Translations under genes and position numbers: made by a program | Source of the DNA: Gnetum montanum | Lineage: Eukaryota > Plantae > Gnetophyta | Length of the DNA: 64,000 bases | Assembly: GCA_015680685.1 (NCBI GenBank) | Contig: MNCI01002363.1 | Location: 758,307-822,306, forward strand | Direction: 5' to 3' | The notes under the pieces: generated by a model | Databases searched by the model: none | What the model saw: the letters and a program-made list of their open reading frames with translations, nothing else | Told to the model about the DNA's origin: nothing | Shown: positions 24,701 to 36,200 of the stretch, one piece after another | How positions within the stretch are numbered: position 1 is the first letter of the stretch | How the letters are laid out: each line of letters starts with the position of its first letter

Positions 24701-27450
24701 CAGTTGAAACCAATTAACCAATTAAAGTAATAGTAACAATAAAGCAAAACAGCTAGAAAATGTTAAAATTAATAAACAAAAATTACAAGTAAAAAATTAT
24801 TTACTTGGCTTAGGTAACTTAGGGGCCTTAGAAATCATAGGTACATGTATGCCCAAGTATGAGTAGTTCTAGTGGCCAAAAACTTGTGTTAGACTTGAGA
24901 AAACCATAAGGTATACTTACTAAAGTCATCATTTAGCTATTGCAACACCACAAATCTCATAACTAGGTCATGTGAAAAACCTTTCAAGGCTATGTATGCC
25001 ACAAATAAGACTTGGTCACTTTTAATTAATCCTTCATCATGTACCCTATACCTAAAATAGGTGAATAAAAACTTAATATGGAGCTTACACTTACCAAAGG
25101 TAGAAGGTGCTAGGAGGATTTTGAAATGAAATATTGATCCAATTGCCTACCATTAGGGTATTGTTGGCATTATACTGAAGGAACTCAAGCATGTCCCAAA
25201 TCTGGAATAACTTGCACATCCCTGATGTGTATGAATCATTGCTTCAGTTACCCTCTACTTGAGTACTAAGATCATCCACCATGAACTTGGTAATATGGCT
25301 AGCAGACCCTAATAGAAGTGTCTCCACTATAATGGCTACAATGTTAGTAGCTAAGTGTAACCACATGATCACACTAAAGTTATTAAGAAAGTATGCTAAG
25401 AACTCTTTGGCCCCAAGCTTGAACCATAAGGAGCCATGATCGAGAACCATGTTGGGAGGAAAATTGTTTTGTGTGAGTACACCCATGCATTACAAGATTC
25501 CAACTAGTTCTATAACTATTAATATAGGCTTCAAAAATGCCCTACATAATCAACAATACAATTGTTAAAAAACAAGATAACAATAAACAAAATTTGACAA
25601 CACTTAGAGCCAACATAACATGTGTAGTGCCAATGTTGCTACACAAAAATTATATAAATATGCACAAAATAACCAAACTCATTAACTTCAACCATGACAA
25701 AAACTAAAATTGAGCCTGTTAACATTTTCATAAAACTAAGTATTAACCAAGTTAACAAATAAAACTATGTAGTGTTGAAGCCTTGCAAATGTCAAAAAAT
25801 ATAATAATAAAATTTCTCTTAGCTTATAGACTAGGGATTAGAGGGGATATAAGAAGAGTGGTGTTAGAAAGCACAACTTTTCAAGACTATACATTGCCAT
25901 TCAAAACAAATATTTGCATTCCGAAACATCCCATAAGTTACCTAGAAACTTAAAATAGTGTTAAAAAATAGCCAAATTAGTTATATAAATTTTTACAGCC
26001 CTCTAAAAATGACTTTCATTTCCCAATGTTATCAACATAGATGAAAAAGCCAAAACTAGTAGCCCAAAACCTACAATTGATGAAGGTAGTTTCATAGCTA
26101 AGAAAAATGCATAAAATTTCAAAAAATTTATTTCAAGTATTGAACATTGAGAAAAAACTTGTAACGAATTAAAATTACTCTAAAAATGCTTCAGCAACTA
26201 TAAAAAAATAAATTAGAATTTCAACTTGAATTGAGTGAAATTTTTGCTAGAAATACTAGTTTACAATGAAATATTTATAGTCAAGCCTTTGGAAAAACTA
26301 GAGAAAAATTTGAAAAAATTCAAAATGCCATCCAAGACTCCTATACACCATGTCAATGACCTCTAGAGACCTTGGACATGGTCCAAGAACACTAAGAAAT
26401 GATTGATGCTACCAGTGCAAGCTAGGAAGCCAATAAGCCCAAGAACTAAAACTACAACTAAACAAGGCAATTCTCATGGCTAGAAAAATTCACAAAAAAA
26501 ATCTAAGAGATTTTTTCTAACTCTAAACATTCCAAAAAATCCCAAGATCAACCTAAATTTCATACCAACACTACATCAGTAAGCATAGACAATTCATGTT
26601 GTGACCTAAAATTATTTGAATTTTCTCCAAAAAACCTGGTTTGTAGTGAAACATCTATAGTAAAACCTCTAGGAAAATTATAGAAAAAATTTAAAAAATT
26701 TCAAATCTTATGCAAATCCCCTCTACACTACCCTAGAAACCCCTAAGGTGTTAGGACACTATAAAAAAAATTTCTTAGGTAGGGAAATGTTAGATTTTTG
26801 AAGGAAAATTCATGGCAAAACAGAGAAAACACTATGCACTAGGCTATGAGAAAAATCATACAAAACTAACAAGAAATAAAAAAATAGTGATTCCATCTCT
26901 AATGTGATTATTAAACCTCATATAATAGCCCCATGAACTTTGAAATTGCAAGTCATGCACCATAACCTTATAAAAATATGGAAAGTGGCTATTTTCTTGG
27001 TGAAATTAGGGTAAAAAATGCATAGAATGGGCTTGAAAAATTTAAATTCTATTAGAAAAGAGCCCTATAGCCAAAATTTCAATGGGATGCAACCGTACAA
27101 CCTAAATCCAACATTCAACATAAGTAAAACCAAAAAATTTCACATAAGCAAGATTAGGCTATAGAAAACGCCCTCAAATTTCATTGAAAATTCATAAGGA
27201 AAAAGTGGATACCTAGCTATAATGGTTGAAAATCTAGGAGATGATCTTTGTAGCCTCATCTGCATGCTTCAATGTGGGGTTTTTGCTAGATGATCACCTT
27301 CCCTTTGACATCTTGCAGAATAAGAGCAAAATGCTCACTTCTTCTACAATTGTGTTGCCTCTAGGGTGGATGACTCCAATGCTAGATCTTGAAGCCTATA
27401 TCAGCCAAGCCTTTCTATCAAGTACTACCTCTGCAAGAAACCATGCTTAA
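21740..27450 (-). pseudogene. Degenerate multi-exon antisense gene of unknown function inside element T
   Basis: Minus-strand coding-like blocks separated by U-rich GT-AG introns 23440-23579, 23151-23250, 22818-23012, 21812-21993 and probably 25542-27212; ORF remnants 24067-24339, 23659-24003, 22609-22817. Confidence 0.65.
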
Positions 27451-27920
27451 GAAGATTGCAAGCACAAACATATTAATGCATGAACCTCCCCTATACTTGG
27501 GCTTTGAAATTAGAAGCCATTATCCTTGAAATGCCCATCTCACCTCTAATGAACTTGGTGTTTACAAGAAGAAAGATCCAATTATGCTAGGCTTACTTAA
27601 TATTTTCACTTAAGTACCCTCTTAAACATGGCTGGGCTCCACAGGGCACCAACAAAATCAAATATGAAAAATCCCAATACACAGGGATTTAAAACTTCAA
27701 CACATTTTTATGCTAGGAAATTATGCCTAGTAAGACATGCAAGTAATGAAACAAGTTATAGGCTTCAACCATTAGTAAGGTATAGCTCTGATAGTTCATC
27801 TTTGATTCATGGTGGATAACAAAGCTCCATGCCATACTAGAACCCTGCACACTATTATTGAGAAACTTCTAGGTGCTAGGAGATGACACAAAATGGCTAA
27901 GAAAAATTACTTAAGGGTTT

Positions 27921-29300
27921 CTACACTGGGTAGATAAGGAAAATACACTGGCCAATGTATTGAGATGGGAGGTAAGATTAAAATACCTAAATGGAACCAT
28001 AGGTGACCTTCTAAATTGACAACCCAAACCCTAGACCCTAGTCGAAACCATTGATAGCCATAAAACTCAAAAAGATGACAAAAAGATTCAAAACTAGTTA
28101 ATTCCTATCTTTTATGATGGAGATGTTAAGCCTATATAGTGGAAAACATATAGAGAGCATAAAAATTTCCAACAAACTCTTCTCAACCCTTCCATGCTAT
28201 CCAAAAATCCTTATTTTAGCACAAAATCTTAGGTGTTGGTTTGGACACCCTCATGGGCAAAAAAGATGGTCAAAATGACATGAAAACCTTAAATCTTAAT
28301 CTTTTATGTTGGGGATGTAGGCATTATACATTGGCCAACATATAGGCCAATATAAAAGCCAAGAACAAGCCTTTCCCTAGTCCAAATGACCTTGAAATAC
28401 ATCATATAGGCCACCAAGCCCTAGCCACAAATACTAGTGACTTCAAGGACCAAGAGGCTAAGTTGAATAACCCCAAAAATTGTCAAAACTTAGCTTATAC
28501 ACTAAGCACCTAGGGTTTATATGCTAGCCAGTGTATAAAAAGATTGGTCGAGAGTTTAGACAAGCTTTTGACATTCCAAATTGCTCAAAATCTGAATGGA
28601 GAAGCATGGGACCCCTGAACTAGAATCCAACTATAATTTGACCTTGTTTAAACATGGAAAAATAAATTTTTAGCTCTTCTACGTTGAAGCATCAAGCTTT
28701 ATACACTAGCTAGTGTATAGACTAGCCTATAAATTGTAAAATATGCCTTGGTTGACTCATTTTAACCTAGAAATATTCATTTTTATTCCTAAGACCTATG
28801 CACTACCTTGAAATCCTGATATATCAAAAATACCAAATTCAACAACCTCATGAACTAATTCTTTAGCTTAGATACAGTAGGATCCAAGCTTTATATGTTG
28901 TCTAGCATATAAGCCAGGGTGTGAAAGCTTGTAATGACTTTACCAACTACAATCGACACCAAATTGGCTTATCTCCTAACTTGAACCACTCCACTAACAC
29001 CCAAGGGCCACGATACCTAAAAAGTAGATAAAAGAGCTTCCTAGAATTAGATTCTGCAAGATATATGCTGGGGCCTTAGGTGAAATACGTTGGCCAGTGT
29101 ATAGGCTAGTATAAAAGTCATAAAATCAACTCAAAATGATTATTTGGGGTGCCCAAACCCTTTTGTAGGATCTAGAAGCTATCATGAGAACCCAAGAATG
29201 CTCAAAACTAAGTCTAGACCACCTAGAAACCACATATCTCAATCTCATATGCTAGCATACTAGTTCCCTACATTGGCCATGATATGGGCCTAGTGTATGA
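27921..29300. repeat. Array of 8 degenerate ~190-bp units, each centred on a 20-bp palindrome
   Basis: Cores start at 27942, 28133, 28325, 28518, 28700, 28892, 29084, 29267; the 28700 copy tatacactagctagtgtata is a perfect palindrome. Confidence 0.85.
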
Positions 29301-29639
29301 AGGTTTGAAGAACTGAAACTCAATTTAGGCTTGCTAATTCTTAATCCCAGAGACTACCACAAGTACTATAATGATCCTACCAAGTCAAATAAGCCTCCCA
29401 CCATGGCTCACTAAGGCCTAAAACTAGTAACATCTGATCATGTTTGACCATATGCTACCCTACCTTACCTTTTTTTGTCTTGTTTCACTTTGTTTTAACC
29501 TTACTTGACCTTATTTTTTTCTATCTTTACAATATTTTACATTATTTAACAACTTTATCACATAGGTATCACTTAAGGCACTTTTGGTTGATGTGCAAGA
29601 TTTGCGTATGGACACCTGGATGCAATTTAGCTTACCTCT

Positions 29640-32600
29640 AAGCTTGAGTGGACCTTATGATGATGCTGAGTAATCTATTGATCTTAGTTACCTAGAGCTT
29701 GAGCTTGAGAGCCTATTTGACTACATAGCTTGTATAGAAAAGCCTTTTGAATGGCCTAAACACATAGTTAAAATCCTTGATCTTGAGGCTGGTGACATTA
29801 CTAAAGACATTCTGGCTAAGGTTTCAGTCACAACACATGAAGGTGAGGAGAAAATACTAAAATTAAGTTCCTCACTTGAACTGTAGTAGGCTCAATACAT
29901 CACCAAGGTCCTTCAAAAAAACATTAAGACCTTTGCCTAGTCATATGAAGATATGCCATGTCTTGATCCATGACTAGTGTAATACAACATCATAGTTGAT
30001 TCTAGCATCAAACCTGTTAAACAAAAAGTTCATAAAATCATACCAGATCTAGCCTTGGTAGTTTGTGATGAGATCATGAAACCTTACCAAGCTAGCTTCA
30101 TCAAAGCTATCGATTACACTAATTAGGTGTCCAACATAGTGGTAGTCCCTAAGAAAAATGAAAGCATATGTATTTGCATTAATTTCCAAGACCTAAATAA
30201 GGTAACTATCAAAGATAATTTTTCTTTGCCTAGCATTAACCAAATCATCGATGCTACAGCTGGACATCCTTTGTTGTCCTTCATGGATGGTTTCTTAAAA
30301 TAAAACCAAGTTAGGATCAACCCAGATCATTAGTTGTATATGACCTTCATAACCCCTTGGGAAACCTTCTGTTACACCATGATGTCATTCAGTCTAAAGA
30401 ATGCAAGTGCAACCTACCAATGCACTATGACCTACATATTTAATAACTACATGCTATGGTTAATCAATGATTATGTGGATGACATAGCAATCAAATCCAA
30501 AGTGTTAAATGACCATGCGCATGACCTTGACTTAGTACTTATATGATGTCTCAAATATGAACTTAGACTCAATCCTAAGAAGTGTATCTTTGATGTTAAA
30601 ATTGGTAAGATGCTTGGACTTGTAGTGTGTGAGGTAGGGATACATTTTGATCCTAATAAGGTTAAGCCCATAACTAGCTTGATAGCACCTACTAACCTAA
30701 AGGAACTTTGAGGATTATAGGGTAGGTTGCAATTTATTTGTAGGTTCATATCAAGGCTTACAAATAACCTACAACTTATGCAACACTTACTTAAGAAAGG
30801 AGTTCATTATAAGTTGGCTACCCAATGCCAAAAAGCCTTTGATAACATTAAGTAAGAGTTTCCTTAACTAACCATGGTGTATTTACTACAAAAGGATAAA
30901 TCCTTTTACATCTACCTTACAATTTGTAAGACATCCATTGCCTCTCTACTCTATCAAAAACAAGATGATGGAGCAAAGCTACCTATATACTGCTTGAGCC
31001 ATGCATTAATAGCCTAAAGGACCTAATACACAAAGGTTGAGAAGTATTATCTAGCCCTGGTCTTTTGGGGACACTACCTCTTTAGGGGTCAATTCAACAT
31101 TGTATGCAAAGACAACATATTAAGTCATAATGACCAACATCTACAAAAGTAGCCAAATAGCCCAATGGAAAGCCATAATAGTTGAGTTTGACTTGCATTA
31201 CATCTCCCAAGCCTCAACCAAAGGTCAAGCTATAGTTGCACAACTCACAGTTCCCCCAAATAAAGATAATGTAGCCATATACCCTGAATTCCCTGATGAG
31301 CATTACAACATTGTTAATAAGGTACTTGAGGGTTATGAAGCTATCATGCACTTTGACAGAGCTTCAATAGCCCATGGAGCTAGTGCTACTACCATCTTAA
31401 CATCACCTTCTAGTGTAATCCAACCTTTTGCATACTATTTCCAATTTCCCTATACCAACAGCATAGAAAAATATGAAGGATTAATTAAAGGAATGATGGT
31501 AGCTTGTGATTAAAAAATTAAATGTTTGATGATAAAAGGTGATTCAAAACTTTTGGTTAACCAGGTAACTAAATTTTATGCATGTAGAGGCAAACACTTG
31601 CAACCCTACTGTGACATAGCCAAGAAACTAGTGCAATAATTTATAGATGTTGGTATTCAACATATACCCTGAACCAAGAATACATTAGCTAATGCCATTA
31701 CAAAAATAGCCCTAAGTGTGATGCCAAATGTGTTTAACAATTTTCCTTCTTTAACATAGAACTATTTTCTTTCCATCATATAAAACATTGAAAGCACCTC
31801 CATAGCCACTATCGACACTTCCCCTCAAAAGGAGTGGTATAAAGATATCAAATTTTACCTAATGCATGGTGAATCTCGATAGAACCTAACTAATTTTCAA
31901 AAGGATATTGTATGTAAGAGATCAAAATGATATATCATTGTAGTCAATGATACATTATGTCAAAGGTCCCATGATGACATCTTATTATGCTTGGGCAAAA
32001 CCAAAGCTTGCATAGTCCTTGAGCAAGTCCATGAAAGTGTATGTGAAGGACATATAGGACCTAGAGCCATGGACACAAAGATTAGAAGATTAGGATATTA
32101 GGATATTATTGGTCCTATATGAAAATAAACTACCTATAGAAGGTTAAAACTTTTCATACCTATGAACGACACAGTAACTTAATACACATACCACCAACTG
32201 AGTTACACACTACCCAGATAACATGACCATTTCAACGATGGAGAATTGACATTATTGGACCCATAACACCTAATTCTTTAGCAAGGAATAGTGTTATCAT
32301 CACTACAACTAAATATTTTACTAAGTGGGTTGAAGTTATTCTTCTAAGGAAGACAATGTCTCAATAAGTTTGTAAATTCATACTAGATAACAAAGTAGCC
32401 CACTTTGGCGTATCCCTAACTATAGTCACAGATAATGGACCACAGTTTAGTAGCCAAGAAATGTAAGCCTTTTGTCAACAACTAAACATTAAGCATTCCT
32501 TTTCATCACCATAATATCCTGAAGCTAATGGACAAGATAAAGCTAGCAACAAGTTCATCATAAATTTTCTCAAAAAGATGCAGAACAACAGTAGATGCAA

Positions 32601-33080
32601 GTAGCATGAACAGCTTGTCCATGCACTTTGGGCCTATAGGACTACCTTTCAAAATAAAACTAATTTCATCCCATATAGTATTGTTTATGGATCTAAAGTT
32701 GTTTTGCCTCTTGAATTATAGTGTCCATCACTAAGATTAGCTCTATCTAACTTCATCAATGATAAGTAAAACAAAGAGATGCATACCATCGATCTCAATT
32801 CGATGGAAGAGTAGCAAATACAAATGATTAATCACATCGAATGGTACCAATAGAGGAAAAAGTAACATCATCATCATGATCTATAAAAATGAAAAATCAA
32901 GGAATGAGACCTGGTTTGCAAGGCCATTTGCGAATGTGTGAAAAAATTCTTAGCCAATTAGGAATGGCCTTTCTTGGTTACCAAAGCCTATGGAAATGAG
33001 GCATTTAGATTGATAGATGTGAACATAAATGAATTGGCTAATCTAGTTAACCACTCTTATCTTAAACCTTATTACATATA
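29640..33080 (+). pseudogene. pol: Element T pol: RT, RNase H, archaeal-type RNase H (aRH), integrase
   Basis: KDNFSLP, FITPWETF, YVDD at 30472; aRH MHFDRAS...FPYTNSIEKYEGLIKG...GDSKLLVNQV; integrase IDIIGP, KYFTKWVE, TDNGPQF, ALWAYRTT. Confidence 0.93.
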
Positions 33081-33599
33081 ATGTGTTTTCCTATAGACTT
33101 TTCTTTACAGGTATGGATAAAATGATTGACATCAATGGTCTTTACAACATACAATAAGTGAACATGTATGACCTTCATCTCTCTCTTTGCTTAGCATGAA
33201 AAATGAACTAAAATGTTGTAAAATCTATGATACAAGACATAGATCTCTCAATGTTGTATTGATAGTACCCTACGTTGGTCCATAAATTACTTATGTCATC
33301 ACAAAGGTGCAACTCATTGTGATAACAAGTTATCGTGTGACCTTGATAGGCCAACTTTGGTTAACGTATCCTACCGTGCCAAGGGTGCATGTTTCACATC
33401 ACTTCCATTATGCCTTCTAACTCATAATCCTATAGTCCAATTACAACCTTCCTTATCTTAAATAATAATGATGACTTATGTTCAACATTCATTCATTGTG
33501 ATCATATGACATCTCCTTTGTTATGATTCATCATCAAGTTTGTTGAATGTAACACATCTCATTCAACAAGATAACCAGAGTAAGTTCAGCCTTGGAAAT

Positions 33600-36200
33600 G
33601 AAACCCAATGAAGGTTTTACCCTTAAATAAATGAAAATGGAAAACCAAATTTCCAAAGACGCTAAAAGGAAAATGAAGCTCAAAAGTCAGATTAATAGCT
33701 CCAAACAAGTAAAGGGAGAAGCCTAATGGTCAAAGAAGCTTTAGATTAGAGTGCTAGTTCCACTAACATATTATCAAGTGACCAGTACTTAAAAGCATGA
33801 AGTGTGAAGACCACAGTGATCAACAAGAATGTCACTACCATATCATAACCATGATGTCAACATGTGGAATTCTTTGTTAAGCCATGTGACCATTCCTTGA
33901 TAGTCAATATGATGTCTAATGATGGTGAACCCTTGTTGGCCACTAAGAGCATGACTCAAATCATAGAGATAGTTAAAATACCCCACAAGCATTACAAGGA
34001 AAGTCACATTAAAAGGCTTGATATGAATAACATCCTTAAATTTGTGAGAGGTTATGATTCTAATTCACAACATCATTTGCAAGCCTTCCATGATGCCTAC
34101 ATCTTACAAAACATTGAAAGTGGATGGAAAAAGCTTAAGCTCTTTCCTAAAATACTAATAGACAAAGCTGAAGTGTGGTATATATCATTGAAACCAAATT
34201 CAATCCATCAATGGTCCACAATGCTGGAACTCTTCAATGAGAAATACCAAACCTATGCAAGGGTGTCCAAATTAAGGAACAAATCGAAGGATGGAAACAA
34301 GAACAACATAAACCCTTGGATATGGCCCTAGATAGATATTATTCTCTATTGAATAAATGTCTAGGCCATGATTTCTCTCAAGAAGAGAAATTTTTCCACA
34401 TCATAGATGGGCTTCATAGTTAAACAAGAGAGACCCTTGGGATATATGCTCAAGGTCAATTATATGAACTAGGAACCCATTAGATCCAAAAGAAAATCGA
34501 GCATGTGGAAAAAGAAGAAGTAGAGCTATGTAAATGCGAGAATGTTGAGCAATATCATTAGGACCCAACTCTTCAAAAGAAGAGGATTCATCTCTATGAT
34601 AAGGAAAAAGAGGTAGTTCTCGATGAGGTGATTTTACAACAAACCTTGCCAATACAAAATTCTATCGATGAGCTTGAAGCAAAGCTTGATAAGATGTTAG
34701 AATGGATAAATGAAAAAGTTATAACTTGTGTAGAAATCATAGAGGAGAGAGTAATGCAAAAAAAAAATAAGGTGACCACATAAAAAGAAGGAAAGGGGAC
34801 TAAGAAACAGGTAAGAACATTGATAAGAAAAAAGGGAAAATGGCTCTAGAAGAAGGGGCTATAGACTCAACCACTAAAGAAGATGATGGATGTGACATCT
34901 GCATACAAGATCATATGAAGGGCTATTTCCTAGTCATGTTACACCTACATGAGTATTAGGCTTTTGCATTGAATCCCAAGTTCATAAAAAAGAAAATGCC
35001 TAGGAAATTACCATTCTTACAAGGTAATTATAGATAGTCCTACAACCAACTGTACCATCCTAGTGGGACTTCTTACTAGCCTAGTGGGACTTCTTACCAG
35101 CCTCAACACTATCATCCAATGCAATGGAAAAACCCACGATCATGGGGAATGTTGTCATCAAACCAATACTACCCTTACTACTAGCTGAACCCATATGAAT
35201 ATTATGTTCAACAACTTGTTCCATCGACTAGTTCCACTTCCTCTACCTTGAATCACTACTACTACTCTCCCAAATATCATCAACCCCCAACATTTTATAT
35301 GAGATCACCAACTCACACCTCTCACCCTCCATCATATTCTTAATATTCTCATACTCATCTCCACCATATGTCACCTTCGACAAAAAAGGAAGGTTTAGCA
35401 TCACAACATCAATGAAAGAATTCAACTTATGATGTGAACATACATAGAAATGATAATGCCAATAGATCTCCACCACAATCTTGAAAACACCCATTATTTA
35501 GGATGGTTCCCACATGTAAGAATAACACTTGCACACCTACTAATTCATACAAACTAGCATAATGCCAATCAAGTACAACACCCTTCCTCTCACAACCAAT
35601 GTCATCCAATCCAATGCAAAGGCCAACATCCATTGTTCATCCAACAATTAACAGAAGTGATGAATCTAGCATTGTGAAGAGAGAGAAGAATCCATGCATA
35701 ACTAATCATAATAAAGGATGCAGTCATGAGCTAGACATCTAGAAAGTTAATACAGCTTCTATTCTAATCCACCATACATTTCAAAACCAAGTGTGCAAGC
35801 AACAACCAGTTTATGTAGTAGCCACTAAACCAAAAGACACCCAATGAATTGAAAATGTGAATATAAAACTATTTTAAAGATGCATGATTACAATTGATTC
35901 ACTTATTAGTTTTGGACTTAAGAAAATGGACCAAATAGAGGACTTAGACACAGATATCTTACACTTTGATTATACATCAAAAGAGGATATTAAACATGGA
36001 GACCCAAGAATTAAAATTGAAAATCAAAATGAAGAAGAAAATACATCTAGATCCCCCAAAATGGAAATACCTTCAAGTCCAGATGAAGATACATCTACGA
36101 ATGATCCAAATGAGACTATCACCAATGTTAGATGTGCTACCACATAATTAATTAAATCAATAATGGTGATAGATGGGAAACTAGTGGTGTATAACCAAGG
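33600..36200 (+). pseudogene. gag: Element D gag
   Basis: QHHLQAFHDAYILQNIESGWKKLKLFPKILIDKAEVWYISLKPNSIHQWSTMLELFNEKY. Confidence 0.85.

Larger units (their letters stand above)
20958..29565 (+). other. ~8.6 kb intron-like spacer between protease and RT
   Basis: Coding similarity stops at ~20950 (aag|attagg, possibly a mutated donor) and resumes after a long pyrimidine tract ending cacatag at 29565. Confidence 0.55.
12300..33300 (+). mobile_element. Tat/Ogre-like Ty3/gypsy retrotransposon (element T); LTR limits not resolved, 3' LTR apparently missing
   Basis: gag, protease, then RT-RH-aRH-INT in one orientation; Tat-typical FA*SYEDMPCLDP and a second, archaeal-type RNase H. Confidence 0.75.

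Noticed and set aside
27921-29300. CRISPR-like reading of the palindrome-plus-spacer array
   Set aside because: Spacers are ~170 bp and partly homologous to each other, repeats are degenerate, the context is a eukaryotic retroelement and no cas genes are present
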